64,000 nucleotides of DNA from Octopus sinensis (GCF_006345805.1 NC_043002.1:8928001-8992000), one strand, 5' to 3'. Shown: positions 35,538-48,806, numbered from the stretch's first letter. Notes: a model not told the origin generated them from the sequence alone. Program-made: numbers and translations.

Positions 35538-36410
35538 TACATACATACATACATACATACATACATACATACATACATACATACATACATACATACACAC
35601 ATACTAAAATTATATCGTTGGAGCAGTAATTTATTTATGTATTTTTTGTTATACAATTTATTTTTAAGCTGAATCCCTATCCTGCCATTAACCTCTTTCT
35701 TATAAAATAGTTGAAGAATCTGGGGTGTAGGAATTGGGCCAGTAGTGGAACTTTTAACTTCTTGCTCTCTATCTTATGATCTCCGAAATTTAAGAATCTT
35801 GTGTTAACTGGGCTCTTATTATTTACTCTGACTCTGCCACTACCTCAATGCAAAGACTATCAATATCAGAATCATCTTCACAACCACCACTACAACCATT
35901 ACTACAACCTCCAATGCCACCACCACAACCATCTCCTGCAACCACAACCCCAAGATCAGTACCAGCATCATATTCAAAATCACCAATTTCACCACCACTA
36001 CACTCTGCAATGTCTTCAACACTACCATCCATGAGACATCCTAACATAATCAATGCTATTACTACTATCATCATCATTATCATCATCATCCACTGCCGCC
36101 GCCACCACTACCACCACCACTGCCATGATAACCACATCTACCACAGCTGTTTGCTTACTGCTTACCCACTCACAAAATAGCTGTCTACGTCACTATGCAG
36201 CTAATAATTTCAAATGAAAATAGACAATACGATTGGTTAAAATTCGCAGATTTAAACTACGTTTAAACTTATAAAATACATTTTTGTCAAAAAAACTAGT
36301 TGAAATTATTGTTTTCTTTTGACACATTCTACCAGTATACGAAGTTTCAAATTATTTAGTTAACTAGAAAAATCTGAAAAATCTGGCTTTCAAAATGAAA
36401 AGATCCGAAT
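35073..36410. mobile_element. Old fold-back element with ~170-210-bp degenerate arms related to the GGGATC MITE family
   Basis: 35073-35245 is inverted relative to about 36195-36410 (shared AAACTTCGTATACTGGTAGAATGTGTCAAAA); encloses (CA)n, (TACA)n and degenerate trinucleotide sequence. Confidence 0.7.
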
Positions 36411-36574
36411 TTTCTTGTCTGAATGTTTTAAGACAAATATCTGAAATTTTTATCGTATACCACATTTTATTAATACTTAGCTCATATACGGAGACAAAAA
36501 TGTTGTACTATATACTGCAGGTTATCTCCATTAAAATTCTCGTATTATATACATTATATATATATATATAATAT

Positions 36575-36840
36575 ACACACTGGCGAATATAAATTTGAGA
36601 CCGTTGATAAAAGTTCTATTTCTTACAAAATATTCTGTTACCTTTGCCGATCTTTATATTGACCAGTCTCCGAGTATAACTTCCACGCTTGCACGCAAAC
36701 CGGTTTACTGCACTTTAGTTGCTTGCTGATGTTCGAAAAGGAAGCTTTTTGCTGTAATATTACGATTTTTGCTCTCGTGACTGGACTAAGGCTACGTTGT
36801 TTTCCCATTATTAATAAATTGTATAATAACATTAAATTAT
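36575..36840 (-). pseudogene. Tc1-like transposase N-terminal (HTH) fragment
   Basis: MGKQRSLSPVTRAKIVIL...ISKQLKCSK...KLYSETGQYKDRQR. Confidence 0.65.
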
Positions 36841-36957
36841 AACTTTATATGGTGCATTTAGGCTCGTTGTGTGACCACCACCCATTTTGGCCAAAAAAAT
36901 TGCATACCTATTACATGGTCTTAAACTAATTTTGCCGGTAAATTTGAAACGTTTATA

Positions 36958-37124
36958 TTACGTTCTGAGTTCAAATTCCGCCGAGGTCGACTTTGCTTTT
37001 CATCCTTTCGGGGTCGATAAATTAAGTACCAGTTACGCACTAGGGTCGATGTAATCGACTTAATCCGTTTGTCTGTCCTTGTTTGGCCCCTCTATGTTTA
37101 GCCCCTTGTGGATAGTAAAGAAAT
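36958..37124 (+). mobile_element. 5'-truncated SINE family A
   Basis: Starts at TTACGTTCTGAGTTC; complete tail. Confidence 0.88.
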
Positions 37125-37411
37125 ATATATTAATTTAGCATTAGAATTCTTCAAGTTGTATAAAAATTGTTTGCATCATTCGAAAGAGAAATAAATTTGG
37201 CATAAGGTGTAAGAGATATAAATAATTTGTATGGAGTTAGTAACAAAATATTTTGTAAGAAATAGAAATTTTATCGTCGGTCTTAAATATATTTTCGCCG
37301 GTGTATATATCTCAAGTCATCCCATAAGTTCTGTCCGAATTTTGGATAAAGAATGCAAGTGATCAAATGTTATATTTGATTGAAAGTTAATCATCAATGT
37401 ACTTTCCCTGA

Positions 37412-38030
37412 TTATCCACGTATCCGCAACCCGGACGGAGAAAGCCCCTCTCCTTCGATTAAGATGAAATCGTCGCAGATAGAGCTTTTCGGAGTGACCC
37501 CCGCAGCCGACGCTCTGGAGCAGGAGTGAAGAACAGCTCTTTCGAGAGGTTACACTTTCCGCTTATGATGTTGTGAGCAAGACAAATTCTTGGTCTCAAG
37601 AATTTGTCTTATGAAGAAAGGCTGAAGACGCTCGACCTTTATTCTCTAGAAAAACGACGACGCCGTGGTGATCTCATTCTTGCTCACAACATCATAAGCG
37701 GAAAGGGTAACCTCTCGAAAGAGCTGTTCTTCACTCCTGCTCCAGAGCGTCGGCTGCGGGGTCACTCCGAAAAGCTCTATCTGCGACGATTTCATCTCAA
37801 TCGAAGGAGAGGGGCTTTCTCCGTCCGGGTTGCGGATCCGTGGAATAAGATGCCGGACGAGATGGTGAAGATGCCGACGACCGCTCGGTTCAAAGTCTCC
37901 CTTGACCATAAGTGGCCTGAACTCTTTACATGAACACCACCCTGTACATAACTCCATGTCCCCCTACATGGCCTTGCTTTTTGCTTTTTGAGCCAAAAAT
38001 TAACTAATTAACTAATTAACTAATCTATGA
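37412..38030 (+). mobile_element. CR1 3' end (37597-38030) preceded by its own inverted copy (37412-37592)
   Basis: ORF 37604-37933 SYEERLKTLDLYSLEKRRRRGDLI...WNKMP; (CTAATTAA)-type tail; fold-back centre AAGACAAATTCTTG-GTCT-CAAGAATTTGTCTT. Confidence 0.92.
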
Positions 38031-38044
38031 CTTACTTCCATTTA

Positions 38045-39000
38045 TTTAAAAGCTTTTTAATCCCATCAATGTAAAACTTTTTTGGTTTCAAAGCGAAAAC
38101 TCTGAAATGTCAGGTTCGACCTCCTCCTGGCTTGCGAAAGTTGTGTCCCCCTAATAATTCTGTAAACTATGAAACAAATGGTATCCTGAAGGAGTAAGGT
38201 CGGGAGAATAAGTTGGATGAAGAAATGTTTCCATACCGACCTCTTCGATCTTCTGTGATGTGATCTTTGCAGTGTGGGGTTGCGCATTGTCCTGATGAAA
38301 CATCACTCGCTTTCGACTCACTAAAGCGGCTCTTTTTTCCTTCAAAGCTTGGTTCAAACGCTCTAATTGCTGACAGTAGACTTGAGCATTGATTGTTGCA
38401 TTAGGTGGTAACAATATAAAGTGAATTACGCCTAATGCAATCGCACCAGATAGAGTAGAACCTTTTTCCCATGAAGTTCCCTTCTAGGTTGTGGTTCAAC
38501 ATTTTCCCTTTTACCAAGCCACTGTTTACGACGTTTAACATTTCGATAGAAAATCCATTTTTCGTCACAAGTCTATCGAAAAAGGGTGAAATGAGTTTGC
38601 GAGAATAGAGAGAAGAGCAGATATCAACTCGGGATTTGCGGTTGCTTTCGGACAATACATGAGGCACCTATTTTTCAAGTTTAGGAATCTTTCCAACGTT
38701 GTTGAAGATGACGATGAACTGTTGTATGGTTTGAAGTAAGCTTTATTGCCAATTCTCAACTGATAATGACGGATTTTCTTCAAGTAATGCCTCAAGGAGC
38801 TTATCATCAAACTCAACTGGACATCCTATTCGATCTTCATCTTCAATTTTCCAAACGATCTCGTGCAAGTTCTTTCATTCAAGCACTTTCCCATAAACTG
38901 AGTGTATGTTTCGAGTCACTTCGGCTGCAGAGTTACCTTTATTGTACTCATAAAGAATTATATGTGCCTTAAATGCTCCTAGGATACTTCCATGTTGAAA
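38045..39000 (-). pseudogene. Degraded near-full-length mariner transposase
   Basis: VPHVLSESNRKSRVDIC; NAQVYCQQLERL; FHQDNAQPH; HPTYSPDLTPSGYHLF. Boundaries approximate. Confidence 0.88.
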
Positions 39001-39021
39001 AGGTTTTAATCGAAGCAATTT

Positions 39022-40323
39022 TAGGATGTCCACGAAGTCTGGGTACATGGAATAAAATCATAACATAAACAAATATAAGAAATAATAATTTTCCTGTTTT
39101 ACTTTTGTTTAAATTAAATTTAAAAAATACTTTACTTTTCTAAATTTATTTGTTATTTTTTCTACAGATGATCGAATGATGGCTCTGTCTAAAGAAGAAA
39201 GAATCCCAGATCGAATGATGGATCTGTATAAAGAAGAAAGAATCGAGTTAGTATTATTAAGTGGACGAGAGGGATGGTCTTATCGCAAAATTGCGGAAGA
39301 ATTTAATCTTCGACACCCTTATAGGTAACCTATTTATTTTACTGCTGTCGGGAAATTGATCAAGAAATTTAAAGAAACAGGCAGTGTTTTGGATAAACCC
39401 CGTTCCGGGCGACCAAAGACTTCAGATGAAACGAAAGGGGCTGTCATGGCTAAAGTTTCTGCTAGCCCAAAGAAATCACTTCGTCGGACATCCACGGTGT
39501 TAGGTGTTCCAAAACCAACCATCCACAAAATACTGGTTGAGGAAAAGTTTCATCGATACAACCTACAGATATTACATCACTTAAATGAAGACGACCCTGA
39601 TAGATGAATGTAGACGTGCGAATGGTTTTCAGATAAATTGGATCAAAATATCAATTTTACGAAAAACTTTGTTGTTCAGTAAGGTCAACAGACAGAATCT
39701 TCTATACGGGTCTCGAGGTAATCCACATTGGATGGATCCATCCAAACAGCCAGGCAGCAAAAAGGTGATGGTGTGGTGTAGTTTGTGGAAAGCTCATGTT
39801 CTAGGACTCTTCTTCATTGAACATGTAACGGATGAGACTTATGTAAACATATTGAGAGACAAATTAATATCTCAAATTGAGCACCTAGGCGAGGGCCTTC
39901 CGAATTGGTTTCAGCAGGATGGGGCCCCAACCCATTTTGCCACAACTGTTAGAGATTGGCTTAATGACACTTTTCCTCACTGGATTGGAAGAAGGGCTCA
40001 TATGGAAAGGTCCTCTCGTTCACCAGACCTTTCTCCCCTTGATTTCTTTTTCTGGGGCATGTTGAAACAGAAAGATTACAATAAAGATTACAGATTTAAA
40101 ACACATGAGAGAACGCATTACCAGTCAGTGTGCTGAAATTGATGGTAATGTAGACTTATTTAATCAAGTTCACCTGAATTTTGCAAGGCGCATCAAGTTA
40201 TACATTGAAAAATGATGGAAATCACTTTGAAAATATTATTTATTAACATTATGATTAAATAAAATTGGTTTGTTTTAAAAGTGTGTTAATCCCCATGTAC
40301 GCATACTTTGTGGACACCCTCTA
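39022..40323 (+). mobile_element. Tc1/mariner-superfamily (maT/DD37D-like) element with TIRs, disrupted transposase
   Basis: TIRs GG(A/G)TGTCCAC.AAGT.TG.GTACATGG at both ends; KKFKETGSV...RSGRP; KVMVWC; WFQQDGAPTH; RSPDLSPLDFFFWG. Confidence 0.88.
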
Positions 40324-41039
40324 TTATTTTAGTAAAACAATATTGAATTAGTTTAAACGTACACAAATGCATGAAGATATTATTGAATTAGACATTTTAA
40401 AGTATTATTAAATTTCATTCAAATCTAAAAGAAGGTAAAATTGGACAGAACTGATTGGATGACTTGATATATATAATCTATGATATTCTAGTAGGTTTCA
40501 AGTTTATAACACCTTGCTATCTCATGTTCTCTCATTTTATATACCTAAGACGTTTAGTTTCTATTCTGATTTTTATATATTTCTATACATTATATTTGTA
40601 TCTATAATTTATTTTAAGCCGAAACATAATACGATCCTTGTAGAAACGAAAGAACAAGAATGTCCTCTGGAACTTTTATCTTCCACCGGTGTTTGTAATC
40701 GATGGTGACATGTGCGATGATTTTGCGACTATCTTATATTTTACAGAGAAATTGGAAACCCCGAATGTAAGCCACCACTTTGTGCATAATACAATATTTA
40801 TAGTTCTCTATTTCTAGCTCAAATTCTGTCCTCAATAATTATAGATCTCTATTTCTAAATGTAACCCAACCCAACCAACCCAACCCTTAGTAATAGTGAC
40901 ACCAATGCCCTAGCGTCGACTGTGGGCTGGTAGCTGTGTACAGTCGCCCCAATGTCGCCCAGAGCGAGCTCTGGTCGCCATAGCGTCGACTGTGGGCCGG
41001 TAGCTGTGTAGTCGTCCAGAGCGAGCTCTGGTATCTCAC

Positions 41040-41210
41040 TGTTCATAGAACAATTCAAAAGTAATTGGTCAAAAACATGATCACCAGCAGATATGACCTC
41101 GTCGTCAGTGCGATACTGGTCCTCAGCCAAGTCAGATGGGGCTAAATCAAGAGAATAAGGGAGGAGGTGATGAACCAATTCAAAGCCATTGTCACGCACA
41201 GCAGCCATTG
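41040..41210 (-). pseudogene. Mariner transposase C-terminal fragment
   Basis: AAVRDNGFELVHHLLPYSLDLAPSD...YRTDDEVISA. Confidence 0.7.
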
Positions 41211-41320
41211 TAGTGAGAATTTACAAAAAGACAAAAGACGAAGACGGGTGTGTAAACAACAAACAGATGTATTAGTTTAACGCTCGGGAGACACCAAGCC
41301 AGTTCGGTATACTCCGCACA

Positions 41321-41543
41321 GCTGGCAGAAACGTTAGCACGCCGGGCGAAATGCGTAGCCGTATTTCGTCGGCCGTTACGTTCTGAGTTCAAATTCCGCC
41401 GAGGTCGACTTTGCCTTTCATCCTTTCGGGGTCGATAAAAAAAGTACCAGTTACGCACTGGGGTCGATGTAACTGACTTAATCCATTTGTCTGTCTTTGT
41501 TTGTCCCCTCTGTGTTTAGCCCCTTGTGGGTAGTAAAGAAATA
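41321..41543 (+). mobile_element. SINE family A (slightly 5'-truncated) with 16-bp TSD
   Basis: TSD TATACTCCGCACAGCT at 41308-41323 and 41544-41559. Confidence 0.92.
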
Positions 41544-42427
41544 TATACTCCGCACAGCTCGAAGTCAGTTGAACAAAAGGCAAATAGGTAACAAGGATGT
41601 TCAAGTATCAATTATGTCCATTTCAAGCGGCTCTATTTAATCGGTCAATGAAAACATCACATCGGTTTGAAAGAAACGACTCTCTTCACATGTAGATTAC
41701 CATATAGATTTCCAACATAAAGAATAAAACATTTTTAGTATCTGTAGCAAATTTATATCAGTACTAGAAACCAAAATAATTGCATTGTTTCCTTATCTCT
41801 TATTATAAAAGGCAGATTTTATCTGCCTCCCTTTGTATCTTATAGAAATCTACAATATAGGATTTCTTCAATTACAATTTACCTAGCATTTTTAAGAGTA
41901 GAATGCATCGGGTCGTGCCAGGTCCAGTTTTTAAAATTTCAACCCCAATTAAGCTAAATTTAGAGAAAACTCACATTGTGGTGTATGAGTCAAATGCTTT
42001 TCTTAGTGTGGGTTACAGCACTCGCACACACACACACATAAAAAGGGAGCGATCTGATTCACTCACGCTATCACTCTCATTTCTACGACTTTCTCTTTGC
42101 AAGTGTGCAACGATTAAACTGAAACTATTTCTATAAAACGGATCACTCATGCTATCAACATAATTTCTCCCACTTTCTCTTTGCAAGTGTACCTTAAACC
42201 ACTACTAAAAAAATAAAAAACACAGCAAACAGAAACAAATAAATACATAACGATTTACTCCTCACACAATTTCTTCAATTAGAGTTTACCTAAGATTTTT
42301 CAAAGTACTCCATTCGGTCATGCCATAAAAAATTTCTTTCAATTTCACCCCCAATTAAGACAAAATTCGAGAAAACTCAATATTTTAACATTTCACTCCG
42401 AAAGCATTGATGTACATGTGTGCGTGC

Positions 42428-42474
<47 letters not shown>

Positions 42475-43620
42475 ATGGGTTGTGCGACACAGAAAGTGTG
42501 GTGTGTAAGTGAAGTGCTTTTGTTAGTGTGTGTAAAGAGACAGAGAGAGTGAAAGACAGAAATAACTGAACTTTTTTTATTCACTTTTTGTAGTGAGTGA
42601 CTGAGAGAGAAAAGAGAGAGAGAGAGGTTATGTATGTATATATGTATGTATGGCTTCAGTGACACACACACACACAAAAACACATACCTACGTACACCTA
42701 AAGCACGCACACACGCACACAAGCGGAGCGCGAACTTCAAAATTTTGGTAGTATTAATTTGCGAGCGTACTTCTAAGCGCGCGTAATTGAAAGTTTTCAC
42801 TATGATATCATCACGTGCGAAAAAATTCGAAGGGTTTTGAACAATTGAGATACAGATGTCACGCCTGTATTGAAACCATTGCTAAGCTGCCGTAATTGCT
42901 TAATTAAGACTTTGTCTAAATTGAAAGGGGCAAATATGTGACGAGGTTGAAAAAAAATACCCCAGAAAAAAAAATGTACTGCTGGTATTTATATAATTCA
43001 CTACTATTTTGCTACAATGTCATGAAAAAGAAAAAATTTAGGTATGTACAACATATATTATACATTTTTTCTATTCATTCAATTCATTCAGCGAAAATAA
43101 AAAAAATCGAATTCGCCACCCCCTTTTCCCCGTTCGCGTTTGTGTAAAAAAAATTATTATTTAAGTTTTAAAAATTATTTACTTTGTTCAAAAAATATTA
43201 ATATTAATTAATTTTCAAGAATTATTTAATTTATATAATTAATTCATTAATTTTCTTCTGTAAAATAGTAATTAATTCATTTATCTGTAAATCCGCGAGG
43301 TTGTTACTCAGGCACCTAGAAATAGCAGCCAGATTTTTATATTCTAAATAATTTGCAATTTCAAAAAATATATTAATTTTGCGTTATTTAATTTGATAAA
43401 TTCTACGGAATAATTTTGCGCGTTATATACATTCGCGTTTCTGTAAAAAAAAGTAATTATTTAAGGGCGATCGAGTATCGAGTACCTACGTCTGGCTCGC
43501 GCGCACGCGCGAATCCGCGTGTGCGCAACCGGGACCACTCTGCGATACAAGTACCCATATATACATCCATACATACATGTGTGTGTGTGTCTATGTATGT
43601 GTATTAATGTGTGTGTGTTA

Positions 43621-43978
43621 TCTCTATATAAAGCTAAAGTTGTCTGTGTGCGCCACGTTTGGTAACCTTCAACTAACACTATCTCCTCCGAGACCCTGCG
43701 GCGCAAGTTGACCAAAATTGAGAGTATGATAGAAGAAGGGTTGCTCTTCCTTCCGTATAACATAAAATTCAAATCGGACCATGTTAACACCAAAAATTAT
43801 TTACATCAAAAAGCTGCTTTTTTCTATGAAAATCCCTATTTTTTACGATTTTTTCACTGCTGTGTCGCCACTTTTCGGTGTATTTCGACCAGAAAAATGT
43901 TCACAAAATTTTTACTTTTCAAAATTACAATTCCAGCGGGTCGAAACAAACCCGAGCAACGCCGGGCGATACTGCTAG
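43621..43978 (+). mobile_element. Complete 358-bp non-autonomous Helitron
   Basis: A|TC start, 3' hairpin CCCGAGCAACGCCGGG, CTAG|T end, inserted between A and T without TSD. Confidence 0.85.
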
Positions 43979-44727
43979 TGTTGTTATATTTGTGGCAGAA
44001 TGAATTCAGAGAATAATGCATATCTATTTAAGCCCATTATAATTTAGAGAGTAGCAGAGTTTTGTAAAGAAACTTGCGTTTATGAGTCCTGGTAAGTGTG
44101 ATAGTTTCAACGATTTTAGTGAAATAACAGTAAAATAAAACAGGACTGCAAGCGTTTGGCAAGATAAAAAACCAAGCACCGCGTCAGATGGAGAGTGTTT
44201 TACGGTCCATAAGCAACGGAGTACCAAAGGCCAAACGGGGTCAAATGCATTTAAGGATAGAAAGAAAATAGGTGAATAGTAACAAAGATGGAAATATTTT
44301 CCAGGTCAGTAAACTCAGATAGAAGATGAAATCGTCGTAACTGGGATAGCACCAATGACCTGGAAGTAGGTACACCATGAGACTTACGGATTTTATGTAT
44401 ACATACATGGCGGAATTATGATGTAACCACGTGCTAAAACTTCTCATAAATTTTTTATTTTTACAAATTTTTACAAAATTTTTTCGATTCTGTCTTCTGC
44501 ATAATGGAATTGATACAATTATGCAATTTTTTTTTTTTATTCGTGGTTTTAAAATACAGACAGTCTGAATCTACCATTCGTTTCTCTTTATAATTTCCAA
44601 ATAATTTTTTTAAATACTTTAAAATCAAAATTGCGTAAATATGTGTGCCAGAAACAGTAGTTAAAAGTTAAGGAAATAGATTTTTGGGAGATCTCTTATT
44701 ATGACTGACTTTTATCCCATTATTATA

Positions 44728-45420
44728 TTAGGTTGTCAAGAAAGTCCTTGCGGTTTTTAACCTTTAAATTCAGATGCACGGCGGTGCCCCAGCATGGCCA
44801 CAGCTCATAAGCTGAAACTAGAATCAATCAATCAATCATATCTCGGCTCAAACAAAACCTTATTAATCGAAATAAACACCATCAGAATCAACACACTTTT
44901 GCCAACGCAAAACAAATTTATGCCAATAGCGTAAAAATCCTACGTTTTGGTGACGATGAAGTCGTTGAAGGCGTGTTTGGCATCGTCTTGGTTATTGAAG
45001 CATTTTTCACGCAGGAAGTTGTCGAGATGCTTGAAAAAGTGGTAGACCGTAGGCGAAATGTCTGGTGAGTATGGCAGATGAGGCAGAGTTTCATAGCCCA
45101 ATTTGTTCAACTTCTGCAGGGTCAGTTATGCGACGTACGGCCGAGCGTTGTCGTGGAGAAGAATTGGTCCTTTTCTATCGACCAATGCTGGCTGTTGTTG
45201 TCGGAGTTTCTTATGCATTTCATCCATTCGCTGACAGTACTTCTCCGCCGTAATTGTTTCGCCTGGATCTAAAAAGCTGTGATAGATGAGACCGGCCGCA
45301 GACCACGAAACAGTCATCATGACCTTTTGGTGCAACTTTGGCTTCGAGAAGTGCCGTGGAGCTTCGTCGGCGTGCAACCACTGAATTGAGCGTCGTCGGT
45401 TCTAAAGAGTCCACTTTTCA
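44728..45420 (-). mobile_element. Mariner 3' half with one TIR
   Basis: TA|TTAGGTTGTCAAGAAAG TIR; KPKLHQK.VMMTVSWS; GPILLHDNARP; LPYSPDISPT.YHFFKHLDNFL. Confidence 0.88.
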
Positions 45421-45499
45421 TCGCAAGTCACAATCCGGTCGAGAAACGGGTCGTTCTTGTTGCGTAAAAGAAGGGAAGACGACATTTCAAAACAGCGTT

Positions 45500-45800
45500 T
45501 TTTTCTTCTTTTTTTTTTGGTTGTCGTTCACAATATTGGTTACATTGCTTCTGTCTGTGAGCGATTTGTCAAACATCTTTCCAAAGCATTTAATCGGATT
45601 TTCCTCTATTGATGAAATGATCTCACCTTGTACTTGTAGCATGATTTTGTTGGTTACTTTGCCCCTTCTGATCATAATATCCCCTAGATATTTTGGGCTT
45701 AAAATTCATTCTAGCCCCATGTTGCCATGTGTTCAAGTGAAGTCCCTTTCTGCCTCCACATGGGTTGTAGTTGTTACCGTGATATCATCCATGACCTAAC
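45500..45800 (-). pseudogene. Non-LTR RT fragment (HERO/R2-superfamily-like)
   Basis: MDDITVTTTTHVEAER...IRRGKVT...QGEIISSIEENPIKCFGKMFDKSL; MDD is the RT catalytic motif. Clade is from recalled similarity. Confidence 0.55.
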
Positions 45801-46369
45801 AAAATAAGTCATGCTTTGTATTAAAAAATAACCTATAAATGTGGTCCAACCGATGTGTTGGCTAATCTGTGGTTTTTTCCATTTTCTAATTATTTGCATT
45901 TGTTCTTGATAAACTCTTGTTTATCCTGCTGTTATCTCCACTCTACGTGTATGGTGTGCCTGCACACCATTGCCCAGGGATAGATAATGCAGATAACGGA
46001 TCCCAATAGTATATACGGATATTTTTTTCCCTTAGTCAGTTACTATAACCGCTAACTCTGTTTATATATATATATATATATATATATAAACGTAAATATC
46101 AAACGATGACATGAGTGCTCAACACCGTATTGATGGATATAATTTCTTTATTTGTGAATTAAGGCTACCATTGGTTTCATGTTAGCAAAAGTAGGAAAAT
46201 ATCCTTGTGTCTTAGCAATTTTTCGAGCTAATTACATGGAGAAAAGTGTTCACCTCCATTTTGGAAATATGTGTGCGTGAATATATATGTGTGTGTGTTG
46301 TGTGTATAATGTATATGAATATATATATGTGTGTGTATCCATACATGCATATATATATGTATATTTATG

Positions 46370-46400
<31 letters not shown>

Positions 46401-46755
46401 GTCTGTGTATATATATATATATATATTATATATATATATATTAGAAGGTTTGGAGATGATGTGCAGGTATTTATATTAGAAGAAATGAGGTACTCAGAAA
46501 TTCGGATGGTTTTATATTTACAGATATTTATTTGTATATTACATGTTTTTATACATCATATATCATATTTCATATATATATATATATATTAGCGCTTTCG
46601 TCCATTCTGGTGGATTTTTCAAATTGAACTAAGTTCCTGTGGAAAAAATTTGACCATTTTATAGTGTTATTGAGTGTGTAGTGGTGGGGAGGAATATAAG
46701 ATAGTACAAGAGGGTGATGAATGGGAAGAAAGTGAGAGAGAGAGCATGTGTGTGT

Positions 46756-46819
<64 letters not shown>

Positions 46820-47219
46820 TATCTGAAAATGGTGTCTCTGACAGTCAGAGAGTTAATTTACTACTATCATGTTCTTAAGAATGAAATCAACCTCTCTGTC
46901 TATATATCTACCCTCTTTATAATGTTGGCAAATGAAATAGAGATAAGAATGTGCATTGTCCGTTTGATTGGAAAATTTCTATAAGTGGCTGAAGATTGCT
47001 CGACATTTTAAAACTGATGTAATACTTACAGTGTTTAATAAAATGAAGTAGCATGAAACAATTGTACTATTCTACCTTGGATATACTTGTTGCTTATGTT
47101 GATTATAATCACCCCATTTGATTTATATGGATAATACTATACAGAATTCTGGTGCCTTTGACTTAAGTACTATATTCATCTGAATGCAAATTTTGCTGAT
47201 CTTATAATTATATATATAT

Positions 47220-47510
47220 ATCACGTGATCACGTGACCGACCAGTCCATCAGATGTAATTACACATCGCTGGTCACAATGCGTTCGCATTCTTTTAGCCT
47301 TCGAATGACGCCACCCCGCTGGCTAAGCGAGCAGGCCAACAGAAGAAAGAGTGGTGAAAGAGTACAGCAGGGATCACCACCCCCTGCCAGAGCCTCGTGG
47401 AACTTTTAGGTGTTTTCGCTCAATAGACACTCACAATGCCCGGCCTGGGAATCGAAACCGCGATCCTACGACAGCGAGTCCGCTGCCCTAACCACTGGGC
47501 CATTGCGCCT
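47220..47510 (-). mobile_element. SINE family C
   Basis: Reverse-complement copy of 16144-16449. Confidence 0.9.
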
Positions 47511-47529
47511 ACACACACACACACACACG

Positions 47530-47574
<45 letters not shown>

Positions 47575-47802
47575 ACGCACACATATATATATACACATAT
47601 ATACGCACGCACAAACACACTCGTTTTTACTCGTTTATTAATTGTTCTTATTTTAATCTTATGTCCATTATCTTGAAATCTTTCATCACATACCCGCGAC
47701 CTTTCCAGCGGCCCTTTCCATCCACACGTATCTTCTTGATAGCCCAGTCAAATCTGTCTGTCTATGATGTACATTCTTATCTAGGCATGTTTTGTGTCTG
47801 TA

Positions 47803-47855
<53 letters not shown>

Positions 47856-48284
47856 ATACGCATGTCTATATGTTTTGCATGTGTACTTGTGTGTGTGTGT
47901 GTGTATATGGACTTGCCCACCACAGTGTTTGCATTTGTGCCTTTTTGTTGTTTTTACCATTATTGTCGTGGTTCTTAGTGGTACTAATACTTGGTATGCT
48001 GGTTCTCCCCCTCACCTACATTTTCTCTTCTATTGCTGCTGCTGTTCTTCTTGACCCTTATTTTGGTATTGTTCTCGTATCTTTTTATGTTTCTGTTCGT
48101 TCATGTTGATGCCATTGCGGTTGTTGTTATTCGTGTTGTTGATGGTGCGGCCATTTGGGAAGTTACTGTATGCGTATCTGTGTGTGTATCCGTTCCCTTT
48201 ATATAATTTTTTGCTTACTTAATTATCTTCATTTCTTATATTTCATCATAAGTATGTGCATGTTTGTCTTTTGTGTGTGTATAA

Positions 48285-48693
48285 TACTCTCTCTTTTACT
48301 CTTTTACTTGTTTCAGTCATTTGACTGCGGCCATGCTGGAGCACCGCCTTTAATCGAGCAACTCGACCCCGGGACTTAATCTTTGTAAGCCCAGTACTCA
48401 TTCTATCGGTCTCTTTTGCTGAACCGTTAAGTGACTGGGACATAAACACACCAGCATCGGTTGTCAAGCAATGCTAGGGGGACAAACACAGACACACAAA
48501 CATATATATATATATATATACATATATACGATGGGCTTCTTTCAGTTTCCGTCTACCAAATCCACTCACAAGGCTTTGGTCGGCCCGAGGCTATAGTAGA
48601 AGACACTTGCCCAAGGTGCTACGCAGTGGTACTGCGTACCGGAACCATGTGGTTGGTATGCAAGCTACTTACCACACAGCCACTCCTGCGCCT
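48285..48693 (-). mobile_element. SINE family B
   Basis: Full-length copy just downstream of the rolling stone-like stop codon. Confidence 0.9.
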
Positions 48694-48806
48694 ATGTGTT
48701 GATAACATCTTAACCTCTATTATTAACTGAGCCTCTATGTTCTACTTACAATATGTGTATATACACACACACACACACACACACACATACTTTGTGATAT
48801 TGTTAT

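Noticed and set aside
35801-36180. Pro/Ser/His-rich ORFs
   Set aside because: Degenerate trinucleotide sequence inside a fold-back element, open in several frames on both strands.
44056-44278. Possible plus-strand mini-exons (AEFCKETC..., TASVWQDKK...)
   Set aside because: Would need a ~52-bp intron with no polypyrimidine tract, and the next acceptor leads to an immediate stop.
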